The notes: generated by a model from the letters alone, not told the origin. A DNA stretch of 64,000 nucleotides from Octopus sinensis (GCF_006345805.1 NC_043000.1:28148001-28212000), one strand, 5' to 3'. Shown: positions 26,654-40,510, numbered from the stretch's first letter. Program-made: numbers and translations.

Positions 26654-27141
26654 ATACATATATATATATATATGCATGCATACATATGTGTTTATGTGTG
26701 TGTGTTTGTGTATGTGTTTCTTAGAGTTAGCAGAACAACTGACCAAACATCTTCTGCAATCCCAGAATCTGCGGGATTTCCTTATTTCGAGATCGTTCCG
26801 CATCACTTGGCAGCGAATCTCTTTAGTCAGTTCTTTGATTAGTTCCAAGAGATTCCATACTTTTGTAGACATCAAGTCAATGGCAGCAGCCGTAGTAGTG
26901 GTAGATGATATCTCAATGGCGAATGATCTTAGCGTGGTGGTATTTGTGATGCGAGAGAAGAATGTCGGCTGTGTTTGTTGCAGCAAGAAAGGATATTCAC
27001 AAGTAGGTTTGGAATCGGCTCCAGGACAGAATGCCGTCTCTAAATAATGCTATATGATTTGCCACAAGGCCAAAGTTTTTATGGGGAATAAATCTGCTTG
27101 CTGATTAAATTGAGCCGAGTTTTTAACTGGTATTATACAAT

Positions 27142-27532
27142 ATTAGCCGTATCGCCCGGCATTGCTCGGATTTGTTTCGACCCTTTAGAATTGGAATTTT
27201 TGAAAAGTTAAAATTTTGCATTATGTAGCTTGTTATTCTCTTTAAGTGAACAGTTTACTCGTTGAAATCCACCGAAAAATGGTGACACAGCAGTCAAAAA
27301 ATCGTAAAAATTAGGGATTTTCATAGAAAAAAAGCACCTTTTTGATGTAAATAGTTTTTGGTGTTAACATGATCCGATTTGAATTTTATCTCCTACGGAA
27401 GGGAGAGCAAGCCTTCTTCTATCATACTTTCAATTTTGGTCAACCTGCGCCGCAGGGTCTCGGAGGAGATAGTGTTAGTTGAAGGCTACTAAACCTGCCA
27501 TACACAGACAGCTTCAGCTTTATACATATAGA
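27142..27532 (-). mobile_element. Non-autonomous Helitron
   Basis: Minus strand starts TCTATATGTATAAAG and ends with ccgagcaatgccgggcgatacggctaa hairpin terminus. Confidence 0.7.
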
Positions 27533-27611
27533 TTAATAGTGGAAAATTGAAAATCTACACCTCAGCAGGATTTGAACACGAAACACAAAGTGTGATGACT
27601 ACATACTAAAT

Positions 27612-28192
27612 TGAAATTTTGGTACAAGGCCAGCAATTTTAGGAAAGGCGGTAAGACGATTATATCGACACACAGTGTTCAGCAGGTACGTACTTTGTTG
27701 ATCACGAAAGGCTGAAAAACAAAGTCGATACCAGCGGAATTTTAATTAGGATATAAAGACGGACGAAACGCTGCCCAGTGTTTTAACCGGCATACTAACG
27801 TTTCTTATTTCTTTATTGCCCACAAGGAGCTAAATATAGAAGAGGCAAACAAGGACAGACAAACGGATTAAGTCGATTACATCGACTCCAGTGCGTAACT
27901 GGTACTTAATTTATCGACTCCGAAATGATGAAAGGCAAATTCGACCTCGGTGGAATTTGAACTCAGAACGTAGCGGCGGACAAAATACCTATTTCTTTAC
28001 AACCCACAAGGAGCCAAACACATAGAGAACAAACAAGGACAGACAAACGGATTAAGTCGATTATATCGATCCCAGTGCGTAACTGGTACTTATTTAATCG
28101 ACCCCGAAAGGATGAAAGGCAAAGTCGACCTCGGCGGAATTTGAATTCAGAACGTAACGGCAGACGAAATACCGCTAAGCATTTCTCCCGCT
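27612..28192 (-). mobile_element. Family B SINE dimer plus an older family B copy
   Basis: Family B units. Confidence 0.8.
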
Positions 28193-28279
28193 CGCAAGGC
28201 CCCAAGGTATGTGGAAAAGTAGAGGGATGAAATACAAAAGAAAGAACAAATACGAAACTCTGTGTTGGTTATAGGTGTA

Positions 28280-28436
28280 GGAGAAGGTGTGTGGTAAGTA
28301 GCTTTCTTACGAACCACATGGTTCCGGGTTCAGTCCCACTGCGTGGCACTTTGGGCAAGTGTCTTCTACTATAGCCTCGAGCCGACCAAAGCCTTGTGAG
28401 TGGATCTGGTAGACGGAACTGAAAGGAGCCCGTTGT
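28280..28436 (+). mobile_element. SINE family A 5' half
   Basis: Head through cggaactgaaaggagcccg then (TA)n. Confidence 0.8.
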
Positions 28437-28463
28437 ATATATGTATATATATATATGTATACA

Positions 28464-28502
<39 letters not shown>

Positions 28503-28824
28503 TATATATATATGTATTTCATCATCCGTCTTTACGTTATGAGTTCAAATTCCGCCGAGGTCAACATTGACTTTTTTTCTTTCCACATCGATAAAATAAG
28601 TGCCAGTTGAGTACTGGGGGTCGATGTAATCGACTTACTTTTTCTTCCTGGCCGTTTGTCAAAATTTGAAACCAGCATTAAACCTTAGTAATTGCCTAAA
28701 ACTGTATTGTATCGTTGTGAAACAGAATATAAAGAACACCAATCTATAATAGAACCGGAGTATTATGTAGAATGCATTAAGTTCTTTGCCAGCAGTACTA
28801 CTACTACGGCGACAGCAGAGGCAA

Positions 28825-28825
<1 letters not shown>

Positions 28826-28888
<63 letters not shown>

Positions 28889-29154
28889 TGTAGTAGTAGT
28901 AGTAGTAACAGCAGCAGCAGTAGTAGCAGTGAATTGTTCATTTGCTGTGGCTAGTTTTATATTTGCATTAATGGTTGTGTGGTAAACGAAGAAGAAGAAG
29001 AAGAAGAGAAGAAGAAGAAGAAGAAGAAGAAGAAGAAGAAGAAGAAGAAGAAGAAGATAGCGAAGGTGGCGGCGCAGCCGCCGATGACGATGATGATGAC
29101 GACGATAACGACGATGATAATAATGATTGTGCGGAGAAAGGATATTGATGAAGG

Positions 29155-29189
<35 letters not shown>

Positions 29190-29190
29190 T
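28826..29190. repeat. Trinucleotide block (TTA)(TAG)(CAG)(GAA)(GAT)
   Basis: Directly visible. Confidence 0.9.
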
Positions 29191-29896
29191 TTTGCTGTCG
29201 ATAATGCCGTGTCTAGTGATACTGTTTTTAATTGCATAGCTGTAGATAACAATGTTATTGTATCATAGTTACATAAAACATCGAAAAACTGACAGCCTTT
29301 GAGTATCGACGAGCGACTGAGTGAGTGTGTGTGTCCGCTTCTGTCTATTCGCGCGTGTGTGTGTGTGGGCGTGTGTGTGTATGGGTGTGTGTGTTTGTAG
29401 GGTTGTTTAGTGGCTGTAGTAGTCTACGTACTTCAGGTTGAATGCTGTTTTGTTCTTGGCTGAAGGCAAAGCAATATTTTTAATTCCTCTATTGCAACGA
29501 TTATTTCTTTGTCTAAGTTACATTGATAAGACATTATCTCCTCTCGTTCTATGGCGAACAATATTTTAGACGTGGGAACAGAGAAAATTGATAGCGTTGA
29601 GGTTTGAAATCAATTGATGAATTATGAGGCATAGTAGGAGCTTCTAACGTGGTCATGTAGCTCACTAAAAACTGCAGTCAAATTTTCCTCACACCACTCC
29701 ACGTTGTCATTAGATACAAGATTATACTACATGCATGGAGTCGAGGAAAGATGCTTTAACACACTCTATCACGGAATACTTCGTACTGTAGATTGGAACA
29801 CCGTGTATGATTCGTTTACCGACTGCTTAATTCTGAAATAAGACTAAATACATTATTTACATTTTACGTATATTTGTCCGCAACTTGTTTGTTGTT

Positions 29897-29942
29897 AACA
29901 CAACGTTTCGGCTGATATACACTCCAGCGTTCTTCAGGTGTC
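29897..29942 (-). ncRNA. Minimal type-I hammerhead motif
   Basis: gacac-CUGAAGA-ac-gcug..cagc-c-GAAA-CG-UU-guguu. Confidence 0.65.
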
Positions 29943-30000
29943 TTGGGGGAAATTTCGGACCTGGGTTCTCATTCCTAAGGTTGTTTTTCGATGTTGTTGC

Positions 30001-30037
<37 letters not shown>

Positions 30038-30061
30038 ATTATTATTATTATTATTATTATT

Positions 30062-30609
30062 GAGAGAGCAGTGCATGCCATCAAAGTGACACTGGCGTAA
30101 AATATACGAAGCCCCGTATACCCATCATGACAACCCGTCTGATATGGGTACACCAGGCACATTCATCACAACCGTATGTGCGCGACATGGTGATCTCATA
30201 TTAATATAAACAGTGCATGACCTTGCAGGTGGGGCCCCTGTTAGAATTTTCTTTTGGTCGAGTAGCCCACCCCACTCAAAAGGTCCCTGAATGAGGATTA
30301 AGGATGTCGAACGAGCCACTCATGTTTCCAAAGGTGAATTATCCAAACCCCAAAGAAGCCATCTCAACACATGGCTATGATGCTCCTCCACTACTTCTGC
30401 TCATGATCAGAGATGCACATATTGTCAGCCACTAAGGAACATGCTCAACTGGTTAAGGTCAAACAACTGACAAACAAATCTGTAGTATTGAGTAGAATAT
30501 TTGCTGTAGCTCATCTTTTATACCAAGACAAAACAATGTACATGATTACATTTCCAAACAGTTAAGATCAGAAGCCATGAGATCCACTGTCTGGTACTGC
30601 ATCAGGGCT
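30062..30609 (-). mobile_element. Probable LINE 3'-UTR fragment ending in (AAT)n, nested in SINE C
   Basis: Non-coding ~550 bp ending ...ggcatgcactgctctctc-aataataat at SINE C's internal (AAT)n. Confidence 0.55.
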
Positions 30610-31039
30610 AATTTTGGGATTAATAGCCCGCGTTTTTAACCGCTACGCCATATCTACGGACAATTACGTAAGTTACGTAAGTAAGATTGCGTAATTTGTT
30701 GATAGTAAAACATGTATACGAATAATCCATATTTTTATTACTTTTTCTTTTGTCTGGCTTGGTTTACTTTTCGGTTGTTTTGCTAAATTTTTCTGGAGAA
30801 CATTTATTGGTGGTGAGACCGTAGCGGATCTATTTCTAGCATATGGGTGTCCACATGATGGTTTCCCTCTAATATATATATATAATACAGTTTTACTGAA
30901 CCTTCAGTTTTTTTATGCTAGACCACTGGTGTGAAATCGATGTTAATTAAATTAATATCTAATTTCTCACCCTTATTTTAAATTTAAAATTAAATTAATA
31001 AGTTCTCTAACCGGCAAAGGCCGCTGTAGTAAAGTATTA

Positions 31040-31436
31040 TCTGCAGCATCAGCCGGGCAAAATGCTTAGGATTATTTTGTCTGTCTTTATGTTCTGCCGG
31101 AGTCGTCTATGCCTTTCACACTTTCGGGGTCCGTAAATTAAGTAGGTACCAGTCAAATATTGGAGTCGATGCAATCGACGAGTACCCTCCCCCAAATTCC
31201 AGGCCTTGTGCCTTTAGTAGAAAGGAGTATTATTATTATTATTAACGACGAAGAGCTGGCACAATCGTTAGCACGTTTGTCCGTCTTTACGTTCTGAGTT
31301 CAATTTCCGCTGAGGTTGACTTCACCTTTCATTCTTTCGGAGTCGTTAAAATGAATACCAGCTGAACACTGGGGTTGATGAAATCGACTTACTAACTCTC
31401 CCGAAATTTCAGGCCTTGTGCCTATAGTAGAAAGTA
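31040..31436 (+). mobile_element. Two old family B SINEs with alternative tail
   Basis: ...aggccttgtgcct.tagtagaaag-(tat)n twice. Confidence 0.7.
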
Positions 31437-31451
31437 TTATTATTATTATTA

Positions 31452-31495
<44 letters not shown>

Positions 31496-32089
31496 GAAGC
31501 TTAAAAGTTCTCGTAAATAGAAATATATTGAAACTCCTTGGTCTGGACATAATATGTCTGCAAGAAAGACATTATGATAATAGATCGATTGCCTTTGATC
31601 ATATATCTATTCTATCTGTCCTGGCCTGTGATTAAACAACAACCAATTTTATTATTTCACTACCATAGCTACGAGAGCTCATTATTCTATCAGCGCAAAT
31701 TCTATTACTACATGTCATATTTTGACACTGTATAGACATAAGGATATGTCTCGATATTATGTAGACATAGGAATATATCTAGGAAGTTGATAACGTTGAT
31801 GGCTTCTATAACGGGTTGAATTATCACTACAACTGCTACGACATATTCTGCCGACATAGTTTTCTTTCTGCTTGTCATGTCCGCATCTAGTATCAGGTAT
31901 CCGTATTAACTCTTTCGTAGCTGCTTTGGTATTATGTTACTATTGATAATATACGCGGTGATTCAAAAGTTAGTTTAACATTATCATAATCCGGTTCAAA
32001 CAAATTTTAATACCGTCGTTGCTATATATAAGAATATATAAGAAAAAAATTTAGCACTAAATAAACATACAAATTTCATATATCCTTTT

Positions 32090-32670
32090 CTTTTCTACTC
32101 TAGGCACAAGGCCTGAAATTTTGAGGGAGAAGGCTAGTCGATTACATCGACCCCAGGATGAAACTGGTACTTAATTTATCGACTCTGAAAGGATGAAAGG
32201 CAAAGTCGACCTCGGCGGAATTTGAACTCAGAACGTAGCGGCAGACGAAATACCTATTTCTTTAGTACCCACAAGGGGCGAAACACAAAGAGGACAAAGA
32301 AGGACAGACAAACGGATTAAGTCGAATATTTCGACCCCAGTGTGTAACTGGTACTTATTTAATCGACCCCGAAAGGATGAAAGGCAAAGTCGACCTCGGC
32401 AGCATTTGAACTCAGAACGTAACGGCAGACGAAATACCTATTTCTTTAGTACCCACAAGGGGCGAAACACAAAGAGGACAAAGAAGGACAGACAAACGGA
32501 TTAAGTCGAATATTTCGACCCCAGTGTGTAACTGGTACTTATTTAATCGACCCCGAAAGGATGAAAGGCAAAGTCGACCCCGGCAGCATTTGAACTCAGA
32601 ACGTAACGGCAGACGAAATACGGCTACGCATTTCGCCCGGCGCGCTAATGTTTCTGCCAGCTGGCCGCCT
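32090..32670 (-). mobile_element. SINE family B trimer
   Basis: Three units plus head. Confidence 0.85.
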
Positions 32671-32949
32671 TACAAATTCCACACAACACCTAAAAGAGAA
32701 CAGGACTTCTGAATCAGTTTGTACTTTCGTCATGCTTTTTTTTTTTTTTCTTTTTGTACTTCTCTTTAATTCTCACACGTAAAAAGCAAACGATCGGCAT
32801 CGATTAGCGAGATTGGAGCCATGGAATTTAATGTTGGAACATCGCTATTAAAAAGAGCGAATTACGAAGAATTGAATTTTCTCTGATAAGTACATTTCCA
32901 AGTTGTTGATTATACATATGAATGTAAACGACCTTCTAAATTTATAATT

Positions 32950-33562
32950 CTTTCAACTATAGACAAAAGGCCTGAAATTTAGAGGAGAGGATAGTCGAGT
33001 ATATTGACCCCAACACTTGACCGGTACTTAATTTATCGACCCCCGAAAGGATGTAAGGCAAAGTTGACCTCGACGGAATTTGAACTCAGAACGTAAAGAC
33101 AGACGAAACTCCGCTCAGCATTTTGCCCGGCGTGCAAACGATTCTTATTTCTTTATTGCCCAGAGAGTGCTAAATATAGAGGGGACAAACAAGGACAAGG
33201 AGATTAAGGCGATTACATCGGCCCCAGTGCGTAACTGGTACTTAATTTATCGACCCCGAAAAGATGAAAGGCAAAGTCGACCCCGGCGGAATTTGAACTC
33301 AGAACGTAGCGGCAGATGAAATACCTATTTCCTTACTACCCACAAGGGGCTAAACACAGAGGAGACAAACAAGGATAGACAGACAGACGGATTAAGTCGA
33401 TCATATCGACCCCAGTGCGTAACTGGTACTTAATTTATCGACCCCCGAAAGGATGAAAGGCAAAGTCGACCACGGCGGAATTTGAATTCAGAACGTAACG
33501 GCAGACGAAATACGGCTATGCATTTCGCCCGGCGTGCTAACGTTTCTGCCAGCTTGCCGCCT
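32950..33562 (-). mobile_element. Family B dimer plus an older copy
   Basis: Family B units. Confidence 0.85.
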
Positions 33563-34383
33563 TACTCTAACTTTAAAATATTTGGTGATACTTAAAGAAA
33601 TGTTAAAAATATTATTGGTAAAATATTTTGTTGTTAGGAAGACTAGTTTAATTATGTTCTGTTGGCCTTTTTCAAATAGTAAACTCACGATTAAGAGATT
33701 TTTATTTTGTTTACATATCGACATTCTCTTACGGTTTCCGAGCAGTGCGCGGTGATTGTTTAAGCCCATTTATTTCTACAATACGTGACAAGAGTTTGAA
33801 TTTTGTTTTCTACACCAACAAATCAGCCCTGAATTCGGAAATGTTATGATTAAAGTGCTTAAAGCTTTTAATTTAGCAAGTAAACAAAAGTGAATTAACA
33901 CTATCTTTTAACGTTTCAGCAATTATGATCGACATGTTTTGGATGTTTCGGCTTTATTCGAAGTAGTTATCAAGGCTTAAACTCGCTAACCGCAACAGAG
34001 ATGAAGTAATCATTATGAAGAGGAGTAGGTGCAGGTTTACATATTACAACGCACGTTCCTCAATTTCTAATTTGTTGCTCAAAATTTAACGTAGAGTTAA
34101 CATGTTTAATGTACCTTTTGACCGGCAGATTTTGAAAATAATTTTTTGTAACTAAACACTTTCAAACTTCGAACAATGGCAGAATGTGTCATATAAAACA
34201 TCTTTTACTCTAAGCGTTTTTGAGAAAAGTTTATTCTTACGAAGTTATTTCGTTTTAAAGTTGTCGTATTTCGGTAATTCCAACCAATCAATGACGTGTA
34301 TTCAGCTGAATAAAATTACTGCTGTTGTTTGTCAACAACCTCCGGCGGTGTATATTTCGTTTTTTACTGTTATTTATGTCATA

Positions 34384-34897
34384 ACAGCAGTATCGCCCGG
34401 CGTTGCTCGGGTTTGTAAGGGAAATAACTATATAAGCATTTTTAGAGAGTTACTTCCCTTATAGATGCCAATTCGGGCTTTCTTAGCCATTTCTGTTTTG
34501 GTGTCTTCAAGCCATGAAGTCGTTGTTCTAAAAGAACGCTGGTCTCCTTGACAACGCTTTACGACGTTGATTTCCTTACACTCCCTTCCCCACAGCTTCA
34601 CGAGGGAGGGAAGGAGGGGGAGAAGCAAACAGGTGCAGGTGTGACCATGGACGCCAACTCCGCCGCCATCGACACACGAAAAATTATGCATTAAAATGGA
34701 ATAAAAAAATGATGTTAAATTATTTTTAAAATCGTAGACTCATCGTAGACGCGCGCTAGTACTCAGGCGGGCTTGATATGAATCACGACTATAAGATACC
34801 CGAATTTGGTTAAACTGCACCGCAAAATGTGGGAGTAGTTAGGAATCTAAATCGAAGGGGACAGACACTCACACAACTACAGTTTTATATATAGAGA
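34384..34897 (-). mobile_element. Non-autonomous Helitron nested in the fold-back element
   Basis: 5' TCTCTATATATAAAA; 3' cccgagcaacgccgggcgatactgctg; 5' 200 bp homologous to 42835-43030. Confidence 0.85.
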
Positions 34898-35000
34898 TTT
34901 CATCTCAGTTACGTTTCTATGAATATACGAGTGTATCTGGAGCTTGTTTACTTCATGGCACCACCATAATCGTTCGTGCTTCGTTTTTCATTTTTTCCGT

Positions 35001-35130
35001 AACTCTAACCCTAAAACCACAACCCTAACCCTAAAACCTTAACCCTAACCCTAAAACCCTAACCCTAACCCTAAAACCCTAGTCCTAACCCCCAAACCCT
35101 AACCCTAACCCCAAAACCTTAAAGCTAAAA
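35001..35130. repeat. Interstitial telomere-like (CCCTAA) variant array
   Basis: aaccctaaccctaa 14-mer repeats. Confidence 0.9.
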
Positions 35131-35419
35131 CCAGTACAAACGCACGAACAATGTCACAAATAACAGTGAAACGAAATGTACATCGCCGATAGTTGTTGAC
35201 AAACAACGGTAGTAATTTTATTCTGCTGAATACACGTCATTGATTGGTTGAAATTACTGAAATACGACAACTTTAACACGAAAGAGTAAAAGATATTTTA
35301 TATGACACATTCTACTAGTATACGAAGTTTAAAAGTGTTTAGTTACAAAAGTCTTTTTTCTAAATCTGCCGGTCAAAAGATAAAGATCCTACCGAGTATT
35401 TTGCTCAGTGAGTAGTCCA

Positions 35420-35776
35420 CGGCTATGTGGGACACCGCGTTGAAGAATTTTTGTCGAAAGAATAACCCCAGGATTTACTTTGTTAAAAGTCTGGTACTTG
35501 TCCTATTGTTTTCTTTTGCCGAACCACTAATTTACGGAGACGTAAACACACCAACGCCAGTTGTGAAGCGGAGGTGGGGAACAAACACAGTCATAAAGAC
35601 ATACACACACTCAAACACACACACACACACACACACACATACACACACACAGTGGGCGAAACTATGTGGACATTCCGGACTCTGACTGAAGAGTCAATTG
35701 GCTGCGAATAATCCGTGTACCTTGTTTCGTCATGCTTGCCGTTGTCGTGCTATCGTCCTTTTTCCTGCATGTTGTG

Positions 35777-35809
<33 letters not shown>

Positions 35810-35985
35810 TGTGTGCGTGTGTGTACGACAGAGATCTTTCAGCTTCCTTCTCCAAAATCCACTCACGAATCTTTGGTTAACTCGAAGCCATCGTAGAAGA
35901 CACTTGCCAAGGTGCCACGCAGTAGGACTGAACTCGGAACTAGGTAACTGGGAAGCAAACTTCTTATCCCACAGACACACCTGTC
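35420..35985 (-). mobile_element. SINE family A with internal insertion
   Basis: Family A 3' and 5' halves separated by (CA)n, unique sequence and (TG)n. Confidence 0.7.
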
Positions 35986-36696
35986 TCTCGATGTGGATAT
36001 AAATGACTTGGAATTTTGATACTCTTATACTCATCGTCGCCTGCTACTGAGAAAAACTTGATTACTTTTAATATATTTAATGCAGCGAGCCAATGACCGC
36101 AAAAAGTGGAAACCAACTGTTGAGGCCCTATGCTCCACAAGGGGCAAAAATGATTAAGAGATGTACAAGGTTTACACAGATATAAGAGTTCGAACTTGTG
36201 ATCCACCTGCGGGCTTTCATCTTTGGAAATGTTTGCCCACCGCACTAATTTATTCCAGTATATAACATCTATTTGATTCTTTTGCCCCAGAACTCTACTG
36301 AGATCCAAACTCATGTTTTAGTTCATCAAGCTGACGGTTAAAGGCTGTCTGGATTTCATTCTCTAAAACTTGCGTACATATTGAAATTTTGTTTGGTTTC
36401 AGACGGATGTAAACTGGCATGTCCGTTCCTCTCTTTTTCAGCAGTGATTCAAAGTACAATGACATCATCCCATGTTTACGGTAATTGTGTCTGAAGAATG
36501 TAGCAATTTTTACATTGAGTCAATGACATCAATTAACTGTTGTTAATTACTGACAGATACGGTCCGCACGAAAGCAATAGTTTGGCTTGTTTAAGTATTT
36601 GTAATTCAGTTTTAATCAACATTTTAATTATGCCGCTAGGAAAACTTAATATAACAAAGAATCAGGAAATTTAGGAGACAGCTCCGCCCTTTTCAA

Positions 36697-36970
36697 TGTG
36701 GCTGTGTGATAAGTAGTTTGCTTACCAACCACATTGTCGCGGTTTCAGTCTCACTGCGTGGCACCTTGGGCAAGTGTATTCTACTATAGTCTCGGGCCAA
36801 CCAAAGCTTTGTTATTGGAGTTGGTAGAAAGAAACTGAAGAAAAGAATTCTGCTTTTCTATCTGGGGTCGATTTGCTCGACTAAAGGCGGTGCTCCAAAC
36901 AAATAAAAAAAAGAATATATATATGGGGGGGGGCGTGTGTGTTTGTGTGTGTGACTGAAACAAATAAAAG
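36697..36970 (+). mobile_element. Internally deleted SINE family A
   Basis: Head plus ggggtcgatttgctcgactaaaggcggtgctcc. Confidence 0.7.
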
Positions 36971-37677
36971 AATATATATACATATATATTATTGCACTCA
37001 CTCCAGTTCATAGTCATTATTTTATCTCTGTTGTAGTTAGCGATGTAAATCTATGTCTAACTAGGCACTTCGAATAAAGCCGAATCATATCTAAAACATC
37101 TCCATCGTACTTGCTGAAACGTTGAACATTATGTTAACTCTGATTGAGATCACGTTATATTCCTTACCACATAACTATTTCTATATTATATTTTAATACT
37201 GCTTGTATTAAATATGTTAACAGTAATCTAGCACGGATCCTGATCACAGAAGGATTTCTAATAAAAACTTTTAATGTTCCCCGCATGAAATACGTTAACG
37301 CTAAGCTAGTTATAGTTCTCATTAAATAATTAATTCTAATAAATATTGCACATTCCCGCTGCATTAAATATATTAAAAGTAATCAAGTTTTTCTCAGTCT
37401 CAGGCGACGATGAGTAAAAGTGTATCAAAATTCCAAGTCATTTATATCCACATCGAGGGGCAGGTGTGGCAGTGGGATAAGGAGTTTCTTTCCCAAGAAA
37501 CACACCAAGAAACAAACCTTGTACATAGCTATGTATAATTCGATAAACACTGAATTTAGGATGTTTATATTACTTATGCGGTATTCAATACTTGCTTGTC
37601 TTCAACAATATATCAAAAGAAAGAAAAATATATAATTACATTATAACACCACTTACCGTTCACGAAAGCGATGAAAT

Positions 37678-37873
37678 AAGAGGGCTACTGAAAGGTCTTA
37701 GCTTTACGCGTATCGTAATAGGTCCAGTTAGAGGTCCAAACTTCCGAGTTCTTTTACACGCTGCAATAAGTGTGTGAATCTGAAAGGGAAATAGGTTGAA
37801 TAAAATCATGAATAACTAAGCCTTCTGTATTTTCTTTTACCCAATGCCAGATACTTTTCAGCAACCCCTTGTA
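37678..37873 (+). mobile_element. mariner-derived MITE
   Basis: agggctactgaaag.../...cttttcagcaaccccttgta TIR-like ends; CNKCVNLKGK*VE* transposase tail; same family as 62883-63038. Confidence 0.65.
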
Positions 37874-38587
37874 AGTACCAAATTCTAACTGCATCTATTT
37901 AATCGACAGTTCTCTGTCCATCGTCTTTGGGGCAGCATACCAACACCAGGAATCAGTTTAAAATTTTAGAACTTTAGAGCGTATGAAGGGACCAATAACT
38001 CTAAATGATTAATACGCCCTAAACGACTCTGCTTACACGTATTTGCACAGTTTACTTAACTTTTACTTGCTAAATGGAACCTAGTAACTACTATGGCAAA
38101 TCCATTCTCGTTATGATGTATAAAACCCTCCCACTATTAGTCAATAAATATGAAGGACCGCTCAGCAAAGACACGAAAATAGTAAAGGTTCAATCCCTAG
38201 TACCACATATTGAAAAAATTATCTTCATTTTTTTTGTTCTTTATTTTTATTCCCACGAGATTCAGGAAATAAAAAAATGCCATAATATATTGAAAACGTG
38301 TCAATCGATTTAAAATTTTAACCATTAACAAAAATTAGATTGAGGTGATACAAAGAAAGGTGAAAAAAAAACAACTATATCTTAAGTAAGATTAATTGTG
38401 AAAATTAATTTTTGTAATTTGCATATCGAATTATATCAGACTAATTGCTGGTTTATTAAAAAGTCTCCACTTAGTATATAACAATATCTTGTTCCATTCA
38501 CCTTATTCTCTCATACAAACGTCATAAAAATCACGTCGCAAGTTCATCAATTTTTTAAATAATTTCAGTAAAAATCATTGATTTAAA

Positions 38588-39225
38588 ATTTTGCTACAAG
38601 GCAAGCAAATTCGGGCAGAAGGTAGGGCGATTACTTCGACCCCATTATTCCACTGGTATTTCTTTTATTGACACGAAAGCAAAGAAAGGCAAAGGCAAAG
38701 TCAATCTCGGCGGAATTTGAACTAAGAACGTGAAGACAGACGTAACGCCCCAATGCATGTTGCCCGACGTGCTAACTTCTTATTTCTTTATCGCCCTCAA
38801 GGGGCTAAACATAGAGGGACAAACAAGGACAGATAAATATTAAGTCGATTACATCGACCTCATTACGCAACTGGTATTTAATTTATTGACCCCGAAAGGA
38901 TGAAAGGCAAAGTCGACCTCGGCGGAATTTGAACTCAGTACGTAGCGGCAGACGAAATACCTATTTCTTCACTACCCAGAAGGGGTTAAACACAGAGAGA
39001 GGACAAACAAGGACAGACAAACGGATTAAGTCGATTATATCGACCCCAGTGCGTTACTGGTACTTATTTAATCGACCCCGAAAGGATGAAAGGCAAAGTC
39101 GACCTCGGCGGAATTTGAACTCAGAACGTAACGGCAGACGAAATACGGCTAAGCATTTCGCCCGGCGTGCTAATGTTTCTGCCTGCTCGCCGCTTTCCGA
39201 CGTGCTAACTTCTGCCAGCGCGCTG
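38588..39225 (-). mobile_element. Family B dimer plus an older copy
   Basis: Family B units. Confidence 0.85.
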
Positions 39226-39994
39226 TCGTGATTTTAGCAGAAACTATTAACTATGCGGGATTCTTTGTTTCAGGTCGCCCATGTCAGTTGTACTCTCATT
39301 AAAGTTCCTATTCATTTCACTTTGCATACACGGCAATTCAGATCTCCTTTCCTTTTCATACGACGGTCAAGCGGAACGACTGAACTACAGAGATGAAAAC
39401 ATTCTATGTATAACCCTGAAACGTGATTTCGATCTCATTTTAATCATCCACAGTGATTGATACTCGTCTGTCGACAGTTTACCCCCAGTTAGCAATATAC
39501 AGGGTTTGACAGTAAATCAAAACCATTTAATTCGAAGATGTATTTATTGTTACCAACTGAACGAGCTTAATAAAAGCATCGAATTATCACGGAAATTGTT
39601 CAAACTGAAGTCCTTCTTGAGCGACACACTTTTCCATTCGAGTCGATTCGATACAGAATTACAGAGAGTATTTATGGAATTTTGATTTACTGTCGGGTAA
39701 CCTTTGGCCAAACCTTTATAGAACACTGTCATTGCTTTTGCGCCTAGCCATGTTCTCTACCCACTTGAAATATAAATCGACAGCGAAGCGTACTGAATAA
39801 CCAGCTGTAGGAAGCATCCTCCTGGGGTTAGATAGCAGTATTGTCTGTTCTTATAGAACACCTACATTTGGGTGGTGATAAACATATACATGTATGTGTA
39901 TGTGTGTGTGTGTGTGTGTGTGTGAGTGTGTAAGTATATATACACACATATACATAAAACAAACATATATATATATTCTTTTATTCTTTTATTT

Positions 39995-40225
39995 TTTGCC
40001 TTTTAATTGTTTCAATCATTTGACTGCGGCTATGCTGGAGCACCGTTTGCATATATATTTCAGTTTCGGCCTACCAAATCCACTCACAAGGCTTTGGTCG
40101 GCCCGAGGCTATAGTACAAGTTACTAACCCAAGGCGCCACGCATTGGGACTGATCCGGGAACAATGTGGTTGGGAAGCTATATATATATATTCATTTTTA
40201 TGTTTAGTTATAACAAAGACACACA

Positions 40226-40266
<41 letters not shown>

Positions 40267-40445
40267 ATATACATATATACGACGGGTTTCTTTCAGTTTC
40301 CGCCAACGAATTCAACTCACAAGGCTTTTGTCGGTCCGAGGCTTTAGTAGGAGACACTTGCCCAAGGTGGCACGCAGCGGGACTGAACCGGGAAGCATAT
40401 GGTTGGGAAGCAAGCTTCTTATCACATAGTCACGCCTGTGCCTAT
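39995..40445 (-). mobile_element. SINE family A fragments (two heads)
   Basis: Family A motifs. Confidence 0.7.
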
Positions 40446-40470
40446 CCACATAGCCCTGCCTGTGCATATA

Positions 40471-40510
<40 letters not shown>

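Larger units (their letters stand above)
29850..30660 (-). mobile_element. SINE family C (tRNA head + HHR tail) interrupted by an insertion
   Basis: Head tatggcgtagcggttaaaaacgcgggctattaatccc at ~30612-30655; tail 29850-30000 matches 52935-53065. Confidence 0.75.
34112..35382. mobile_element. Fold-back/MITE-like element with ~230-270-bp terminal inverted repeats
   Basis: taccttttgaccggcagattt...caaccaatcaatgacgtgtattcagc (left) is the reverse complement of gctgaatacacgtcattgattggttg...aaatctgccggtcaaaagata (right). Confidence 0.85.

Noticed and set aside
28968-29252. Poly-His/poly-Ser transcription-factor-like N-terminus
   Set aside because: Trinucleotide repeats; frames stop shortly after and there is no domain, so not called as CDS
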